From Octopus sinensis (taxonomy: Eukaryota), in contig NW_021825060.1 of NCBI RefSeq assembly GCF_006345805.1, positions 1-16,647 on the forward strand: a stretch of DNA of 16,647 bases, in the 5' to 3' direction. The position numbers and the translations under genes are program-made. This document shows, in pieces, positions 9,493-16,647 of this stretch. Below the pieces are notes generated by a model. It was given only the letters and a program-made list of their open reading frames with translations, did no database searches and was not told the origin of the DNA. Position 1 is the first letter of the stretch. Each line of letters opens with the position of its first letter.

Positions 9493-9989
9493 CAATGTTA
9501 TCATCAGTCCGAATATGGTTGATGCATGTTCGAACTTGGGAACAAGCCACTTGCTGTGTTGGGGAGATAACTGTGTTGAGGCGGTGAGCTGGCAGAAGCG
9601 TTAGTACGGCGGGCGAAATGCTTAGCGGTATTTCGTCTGCTGCTACGCTCTGAGTCCAAATTCCGACGAGGTCGACTTTGCCTTTCATCCTTTCGGGGTC
9701 GATTAAATAAGTACCAGTTACGCACTGGGGTCGATATAATCGACTTAATCCGTTTGTCTGTCCTTGTTTGTTCTCTCTGTGTTTAGCCCCTTGTGGGTAG
9801 TAAAGAAATAGATAACTACTCCGAAATACTAGCATCTCACAGTCTAGGTAGATGTCGCTGCGAGTTAATCTAGTTGTATACACACCATTATTCAACAAAC
9901 GAAATATATTCTCCGTGACAAAACGCAGTGAGTAGCTTGTTCCCCAGTTCGAACGTGCACCAAGCATATTCGGATTGACAATAACATTG
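9493..9989. repeat. Diverged ~66-bp inverted repeat (9493-9558 / 9924-9989) bracketing a SINE
   Basis: CAATGTTATCATCAGTCCGAATATGGTTGATGCATGTTCGAACTTGGGAACAAGC vs reverse complement CAATGTTATTGTCAATCCGAATATGCTTGGTGCACGTTCGAACTGGGGAACAAGC. Confidence 0.85.
9580..9811 (+). mobile_element. Full-length tRNA-derived SINE (second family)
   Basis: 5' GGCGGTGAGCTGGCAGAA (A-box-like), GAGTCCAAATTCC (B-box-like, 9652-9664), core CCTTTCATCCTTTCGGGGTCGATTAAATAAGTACCAG, A-rich end TAAAGAAATAG. Confidence 0.85.
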
Positions 9990-10088
9990 CAATGTCACTA
10001 ATCACTGCTTAGCGCTCCCTCTCCGTAACAAAGCAGCCGTCACGTTCACACTGAGTACACAATATCGACTTCCCATCTATTCTTCGAT

Positions 10089-10922
10089 GAAGGCGTGTAA
10101 CCTAGTTCGATATCCGGCGGTGTGTTATATGCTGTGAGGGAGCCACTTTATTTCTATTTCCTGTTGCTCCAGTCCTCTCAGCAGGCAAAACTAATTTGTA
10201 ACTGTATTTCACAGGTCCAACCTTGTCGCATTCTATGTCGCACCGAATCTCTCTGAGAACTATTGGGTTGTCCGGAAAGTTTGTGACGATTTATAGTAGC
10301 TTACCCTTCAACTTATTTTAGAACATGGTTGAGTCCAGAAAATAGGATTTGACTACACCTCCATTTAGAGCACAGTTTAAGCTATCTTTTCGTCGAAGAA
10401 GGTTTATGTTCCTATAACCTGTGTTAATTTTGTAACCTTTTAAAATGGAAGCTAAGAAAGTTCATTTTCGGCACTTCATGCTTTGGGAACCAGACAAAAA
10501 TTGCTGCAGCTCGGCTGGGATGTGATACCCCACCCTCCATATTCGCCAGATATTGCTCCTTTGGATTTCCACTTATTCAGGTCTCTGCAGAATAGTCTTA
10601 ATGGTAAAAATTTCAATTCTCTGGATGACGTAAAAAGATACCTTGATGAATTCTTTGCCATGAAACCACCTCAATTCTGGGAAGATGGTATTTTCAAGTT
10701 AAAGGAAAGATGGAGACACATTGTGCAACAAAGTGGTTCATATTTAGTTGATTAAAAATGTAAAGGCAAATATTTATTGACCTTTTTCGTTCCTTTAAAA
10801 ATCGGCACTAACTTTCTGGACAACCCAATACTTAAGGCTACGCGTGTCTGAGAGTGCTCAATCACTTGCACGTTAATTTCGGATCAAGTGGGGCACTCAT
10901 TGTCGTAATCGACAGAGTGCCA
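10089..10922 (+). mobile_element. Decayed SINE (third family) split by the mariner at TA 10261
   Basis: GAAGGCGTG head, GTTCGATATCCGGC B-box-like motif. Flanks ..CTGAGAAC|TA|CTTAAGG.TACGCGTGTCTG join into a continuous octopus SINE tail as I recall it; not verifiable within the window. Confidence 0.55.
10263..10828 (+). mobile_element. Internally deleted mariner with both TIRs (566 bp)
   Basis: TIRs TTGGGTTGTCCGGAAAGTT.GTG.CGATTT and AAATCGGCACTAACTTTCTGGACAACCCAA, with TA TSD. ATG 10445 MEAKKVHFRHFMLW is joined out of frame to the C-terminal TRQKLLQLGWDVIPHPPYSPDIAPLDFHLFRSLQNSL..ERWRHIVQQSGSYLVD* (ends 10755). Confidence 0.95.
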
Positions 10923-11014
10923 GTGAAACATGTTACAGTCTTGATTTAGGATTTTCACCAGCGGCCGTGAACCGTCTTTTAAATGGTCACAGAGACACGA
11001 TTATAAATCCTACA

Positions 11015-11107
11015 GGCGCAGGATTGGCTGTGTGGTGTTCCAGCATGGCCGCAGTCAAATGACTGAAACAAGTAAAAGAATAAAAGAATAAAAGAATAAA
11101 AGAATAA
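11015..11107 (+). mobile_element. Mini-SINE: head fused directly to tail
   Basis: GGCGCAGGATTGGCTGTGTGGT joined to GTTCCAGCATGGCCGCAGTCAAATGACTGAAACAAG, followed by (TAAAAGAA)4. Confidence 0.8.
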
Positions 11108-11164
11108 CCAAAGATTAAATCGGAGAGGCTAATTTGCATAATATAGCGAATTATTTACGGCTAG

Positions 11165-11418
11165 TTTATTCTTTTATTTGTTTCAGACTGCGGCTATGCT
11201 GGAGCAACGCCTATATTGGAACAAATCTACCCCGGGACTGATTCATTGTAAGCCTAGTACTTATCCTATCGGTGTCTTTTGCCGAACCGCTAAGTTACGA
11301 GGACGTAAACATACTAACATCGGTTGTCAATCGTTGGTGGGGGACAAACACAGACACAGAAACACACACACACACACGCACACGCACATACATTTATACG
11401 ACGGGCTTCTTTCAGTTT
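11165..11418 (-). mobile_element. 5'-truncated SINE (family of 6914-7222)
   Basis: Colinear with 6914-7178 (..GCCGAACCGCTAAGTTACG.GGACGTAAAC..CATCGGTTGTCAA..TACGACGGGCTTCTTTCAGTTT). Confidence 0.88.
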
Positions 11419-11913
11419 AAATGGAACATTCTTTTTTTCACAGTAGTGTGACTGGTCCAATTAACCTGAACAGGTTGCGACAATCTGTCATATCAAATAT
11501 TCAAAAGGACTTTGAAGGTATGGAGTTTTATTTCCTGTAAGTCAATGTGCTCCCGACACTAATATTGTAATATAAGGACCTACCTTAATGAGGACTTGTC
11601 AAATAGGTGTTTACAGATCTCCCATCACTAGACTTATTTGTGGGGATACTTAAAAAAATAATGTTTATCATACAAAAGCAGCAAGAGTTGATGAAGTCAG
11701 AGGCGCCACTGAACAAGATTGAGCACAAATACGGGACGAATTGTTTCTTGAGATTTGTGATTTCATTGCTTCGCATTATCAGCAGAACGGTCATCAGTTT
11801 GAAAATAGGCGTTCATAAAAACTTGAAAATAAAATGCATTTTAATAGACACGAACCCTATAATCATTTAATGCGTGTATGAATTTTTTGGAACATCGAGT
11901 GATCTCGAGTGAC

Positions 11914-12431
11914 ATGAAAAATATCATTCGAAGTCACACCAAGCACCCACTCTAAATTGTAACTGTCAAGACCCAGAAACTTGTCCACTCGATCAGGCAT
12001 GCATGATCAGCTCAGGAGTTTATGTAACCGAAGTCACAGTAGTACTCCAAAATAAGGGAACCCAAAACAAAACTTACATTGCTATATGCGAAGTATATGC
12101 AAAGGTAATTTTAAGAAAATGATACGCCAACCACCGGTATTCTTTCCGACACGCGGGTATGATGAACGTGACAAAAGTAGCAAAACATATATGAGATTGG
12201 AAGGCCAACTGCACACCACATACAATCAAGTAGAGCATCGAGGAGCGGTCCGTACCATAGGTTAATGGATCATAGAGCTGCAGACTTTGTTTAACCGAAA
12301 GATCTTATATTCTTTTTAGATTTAAGAACTCCAAGGACCGGCAAAATTCCAGATCTGAAATGTCTATTAGATGTAAGCATATGGAAAAATTTCATTTGTT
12401 GAACTGGGTAACACCACACTCTCTGTATTAA
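11914..12431 (+). pseudogene. Penelope-like element (Naiad-type) C-terminal GIY-YIG endonuclease pseudogene
   Basis: MKNIIRSH, then a frameshift, then from 11958: CNCQDPETCPLDQAC..GVYVTEV..KTYIAICE..*YANHRYSFRH..T.VAKHI*D.K..IK*SI..CRLCLTER..NSRSEMSIRCKHMEKFHL..*. This is the CNC-CPL-C linker, GIY-YIG, CxxC and CxH layout. Five in-frame stops, so it is absent from the ORF track. Confidence 0.88.
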
Positions 12432-12811
12432 GCATGCAGCCTCACCTTCTCGTTGAATAAAGTTACACCAACCATATTAATTCTGGTCTGAACGGGCAAA
12501 ACGTAGCTCTTGGTTTTTGTCATTCCACTATTCGCTTTTACCTTCCCCTCATCCTTTCTCGTTCTCCTCAAAAATGATCGGCCATGTTGAATATTTGAAA
12601 ACACAAGGACGATATATAAGTTTGTCAGTTTATTTTGTTTTCACAGACATGTACAACACACACACACACACCACACACTATATATATATATATATATTAT
12701 ATATATATATATATATATTATACACACACCACTATATATATATATATATATGTATGTATGTTAGCATGTATATGTATTCATGTACACGTGCTTGCGCACA
12801 TTTATGTAAAC

Positions 12812-13400
12812 ATACATACATACATACATACATACATACAAGTATACATACATACATACATACACACATACATACAAGCATACATGCATACATGCATACA
12901 TACATACATACATACATACAAGTATACATACATACATACATACATACATACATACATACATACAAGTATACATACATACATACATACATACATACATACA
13001 TACATACAAGCATACATACATACATGCATACATACAAGCATACATACATACATACGAGCGCATACATGCATACATACATACATACAAACATACATACATA
13101 CATACATACATACATACATACAAGTATACATACATACATACATACGAGCATACATGCATACATACATACATACATACTAGCATACATGCATACATACATA
13201 CATACATACATACATACATACAAGTATACATACATACATACAAGTATACATACATACATACGAGCATACATGCATACATACATACATACATACATACATA
13301 CATACATACATTCATACATACATACATACATACACACATACATACATACATACATACATGCATACATACATACATACATACATACATACATACATACATG
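12812..13400. repeat. ~590-bp (CATA)n array with recurring variant units
   Basis: Directly visible; explains ORFs 12517-13446 and overlapping ones. Confidence 0.97.
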
Positions 13401-13807
13401 CAAGCAAACACACATACGCGTGTGTTTATGTTTAGGTACATTCTAAACTATTGAATGCCTGCAATGCTGTCAAGTGTGAACAAGTGCAACTTGTGCATTT
13501 GATAGTTGCAGATAATATATCAACTGACAAACAACATGTAGATTCTCTTACATGGAAATATAAGCATTAGTATAGATGCATGAGTACTACCATGTACGTT
13601 CATGTACTGAACATGTACGTGTATGTATGTGCTTATTTTGTTTTTCCTTTGCTTTGTGTGTGTGTGTTGAGTTTTTGTATGCGTGTGAGTTTCTATTTCA
13701 ATGTGTGCATTTCTATGATTCTGTGTACGTGTGTAAAACTGTGTGTGTGTGTGTGTAAGAATTTGCCAGCTGCAAACAACTTGCAGATTCGAAATATGAA
13801 AGCAACT

Positions 13808-14220
13808 TGGAAGTACTCCTTGTTTTAGTATACTCCAGTTGTAGTACTCCTTGTTGTGTACTCCATTGGAGTACTCCTTGTTGTAGTATCCTTGTTGGTA
13901 TATCCAGTTGGTTTTACTCCTTGTGTGGTAGTACTCCTGTTGGTAGTACTCCAGTTGGTAGTACTCCAGTTGTAGTACTCCAAGTTGGTAGTACTCCTTG
14001 TTGGAAGTACTCCTTGTTGGTAGTACTCCAGTTGGTAGTACTCCAGTTGGTAGTACTCCTTGTTGGTAGTACTCCTTGTTGGTAGTACTCCTTGTTGGTA
14101 GTACTCCAGTTGGTAGTACTCCTTGTTGGTAGTACTCCTTGTTGGTAGTACTCCTTGTTGGTAGTACTCCTTGTTGGTAGTACTCCTTGTTGGTAGTACT
14201 CCAGTTGGTAGTACTCCTTG
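13808..14220. repeat. Minisatellite of mixed 16-bp (TACTCCTTGTTGGTAG) and 15-bp (TACTCCAGTTGGTAG) units, about 26 units
   Basis: Directly visible; degenerate on the left, homogeneous on the right. Confidence 0.95.
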
Positions 14221-14298
14221 CAGAGTACCAACTGTTGCAACCTCTGTCATGATACGACGCATATAAACATTCACATATTACAAATACGAGTACCTACA

Positions 14299-14299
<1 letters not shown>

Positions 14300-14369
<70 letters not shown>

Positions 14370-14399
14370 GTCTATCTATCTGTCTGTCTGTCTGTCTGT
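14300..14399. repeat. (TATC)n grading into (TGTC)n
   Basis: Directly visible. Confidence 0.95.
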
Positions 14400-14749
14400 G
14401 TCTATTGATATATATGTGTATGAGTGTAACCTATGTAAAAGATATATAAACAGGGCAAATTTAACTAATACATCATGGATTGGAAAAGATGACGCACAAC
14501 CTTAATCGATTTTCAGACCTTATCGGGGTCTCACATGTGGTGTGTGTATCTCACTTGACCAATCCCTGGAAAATAAGTCGCCAATCTGATTATAATCAGA
14601 TATATAATTACGTTTAATTTATTACGTATATAATTATATCCGTAATAAATCCAGGAGCTATTAATTAACATACTTTAATACCTTAATATCAACCACTAAC
14701 ATTCCAAAATATAATTATACACGTACACATACAAACACATATACACACA

Positions 14750-14793
<44 letters not shown>

Positions 14794-14795
<2 letters not shown>

Positions 14796-15497
14796 GAGCG
14801 TGATGGGTAAATTGTCGCCATTTTATATCATATTTTTAATTTTGTGCACTGTTTGTTTTCGATTTTGTCGACTACACAATATAGTAGGGCCAGTTGGGCA
14901 CAGTCTATGAAAAAAAAACAGCATCATGACGCAATTCATTCTGCCCGAAGTTTGGAAACGACATGTTGTACTACTTGGCACTCGCGCCAGACGCTCCAAT
15001 ACGAAAAATTCAAAGAGTTTGGGTGTCAATCTGAGGGCAATGCAGAGAATTCGGAAAGAGTTGGGTGAGTCTAATGGTGATTACAAAGGTACGGCAAATC
15101 AGAAAACTCACTCTGATCGTTCTGATAAGAAAAGAACTCCTGAATTTGTTGGTGAGATCCAAGCCATCATTGACAACGATCCCTCCAAGTCAATCAGGTT
15201 CATCGCCAGGTACAAGGAAGTGACTGAGTTTCTTATAGGGCAGGTAGTGCATGAAGACATTCGGTATTTCTCATACAAGATAAGAAAGGGCTAATTTTTA
15301 TTCCAAGCCATCAAGGACAAGAGAAAAGAGCGCGCTACAAAGCTTTTGAACAAACTCAATCATCCCCTCCAACCGAATATGCTTTGGTGTTACTGATACT
15401 AGAAAAATTTCAGCCAGGATCAGATGGTGAACACACGGAAAAACTGTTGGTTTGCCGTGTCCCCATAACAGGCACCGAGAGTGATAAAAATCAAATC
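14794..15497 (+). pseudogene. 3'-truncated Tc1/mariner-superfamily transposase relic (DD37D/maT-like)
   Basis: TIR-like start CAGAGCGTGATGGGTAAATTGTCGCC. ORF 14926-15294 (..KRTPEFVGEIQAIIDNDPSKSIR..VHEDIRYFSYK) continues past a stop as FLFQAIKDKRKERATKLLNKLNHP..W..KNFSQDQMVN..W (decayed first-D motif FSDEKNF). Rest of the catalytic domain and the right TIR not found. Confidence 0.82.
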
Positions 15498-16384
15498 TAT
15501 TTACTTTTTAGTATTTCAAAATATTTAAATGTAATTTTGGTACATATATCTGTTAAAATGAAATGTCAGTGTTATTTGCATAATGTAGACGACAGTTTAT
15601 TCATTGACCCCGTATGTGTGTGCGTTATATATACATATATATAATATAATCTATAATATAATATATAATATATATTAGATAAATATATATATATTATTAT
15701 ATATATAATATACGATGAAGGTAAAAATCTGGCACAGAGGTACAACAAAGGAACGTACGGAGAAACAGGAAAACACACATACACACAATGGAGACGAACA
15801 TGCTCTATCCCTCATCTGTTAGCAACCAAATATCATTACAATTTCGACACCTTCCTATAATATTTTTTCAATTTTATGGTATCAGCATAAGTTGCTGGGG
15901 GTATAGATGAACAGATATGACGGACGAACACGAGCAGAAAAAAAAATGAAAAGTACAATGACGAGAAAAGATAAATTCTCTAAACCAGACGATAAATAAA
16001 GACAAGTTATGAGGAGAACATGAAAATATATATAATAAAAGAAACAAATAAGTGAGGATAATAGTGTGTATGCGTGTCCGTATATATCATATATCAATAC
16101 ACACACACACACACACACACACAACACACACATATCGTTGCTATTATGATAAACTGTAGTATGTCCAAATTTAGCCAAGTGCGTGTTTTTCAATATTTAT
16201 ATTTGCTTGCACTAGTCGGTTTTTCTTGTTAAACTATCGTATCTCTAGCTGCTTCAGATGCCAAGATATCAAAAATAGTCAAAGCGTAGTACAACGGTTT
16301 TGCTATGGAATGGTGAAATATTTTTTCGTTTTCTGAAAAAGCAACGTTTTGGACTTACGACACTTTTGCACAAGAGCAACAATA

Positions 16385-16387
<3 letters not shown>

Positions 16388-16420
<33 letters not shown>

Positions 16421-16470
16421 TGTTTGTATGTGTTTGTGTGTGTGGATGTATGTGTGTGTGTATGTGCGTG
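16388..16470. repeat. (GT)n microsatellite
   Basis: Directly visible. Confidence 0.93.
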
Positions 16471-16647
16471 TTTATACGTACTGTATTTGTATGCGTGTGT
16501 ACATGCATATACACATAAATACTTATACAACATGCATATGCAAAAATATACAAACACGTACATACCTCGTCCCACACACACATACACACACTGAGGGCCT
16601 CTGAAAGGAATTTTACGTGGTGGAATGAATTTGCTTTCGGGTCCCAT

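Noticed and set aside
9580-9665. tRNA gene
   Set aside because: A/B-box-like motifs continue into a SINE core and tail; no complete cloverleaf.
12120-12275. In-frame TGA codons as selenocysteine (some Naiad elements encode selenoproteins)
   Set aside because: The TGAs fall at expected Arg (12120) and Trp (12192) positions, not Cys. Three TAG stops, an 11-bp duplication (12083-12104) and a frameshift indicate ordinary decay.
12480-12605. Hammerhead downstream of the GIY-YIG pseudogene (CTGAACGGGCAAAACGTAG)
   Set aside because: Both core boxes are degenerate and stems are unsupported; the position is plausible but it cannot be called.
12517-13446. 309-aa ORF and other MYVC/HTYI/YIYI ORFs
   Set aside because: Translations of stop-free microsatellites.
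13807-14274. Minisatellite as a CRISPR array or mucin-like CDS
   Set aside because: No unique spacers or cas genes, eukaryotic context, and 15/16-bp units shift frame.

Overview
This is eukaryotic, AT-rich, essentially non-coding DNA. The SINE families, mariner relics and (CATA)/(TATC)/(TA)/(GT) microsatellites strongly suggest an octopus/cephalopod intron or intergenic region (inference from repeat families recalled from memory). I find no intact host gene: nearly all ORFs in the track are microsatellite translations or transposon relics. The window is a mosaic of nested mobile elements: three MITEs (Tc1-like, long-TIR with 8-bp TSD, CCGTA-ended Tc2/pogo-like), a non-autonomous Helitron, a probable decayed Helitron helicase, two deleted mariners, a DD37D/maT-like transposase relic, several tRNA-derived SINEs, a Penelope-like (Naiad-type) GIY-YIG pseudogene with no visible RT, and a 15/16-bp minisatellite. 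The most notable items are (i) a short (TA)n-inserted element carrying a minimal hammerhead ribozyme, with two ribozyme-deleted relatives; (ii) a ~405-bp fold-back palindrome that copies a MITE end plus its flank and creates a new 100-bp TIR-bounded mini-element; (iii) an 84-bp local templated insertion inside a mariner; (iv) the endonuclease-only Penelope-like relic. I cannot support a novel protein-coding system here.
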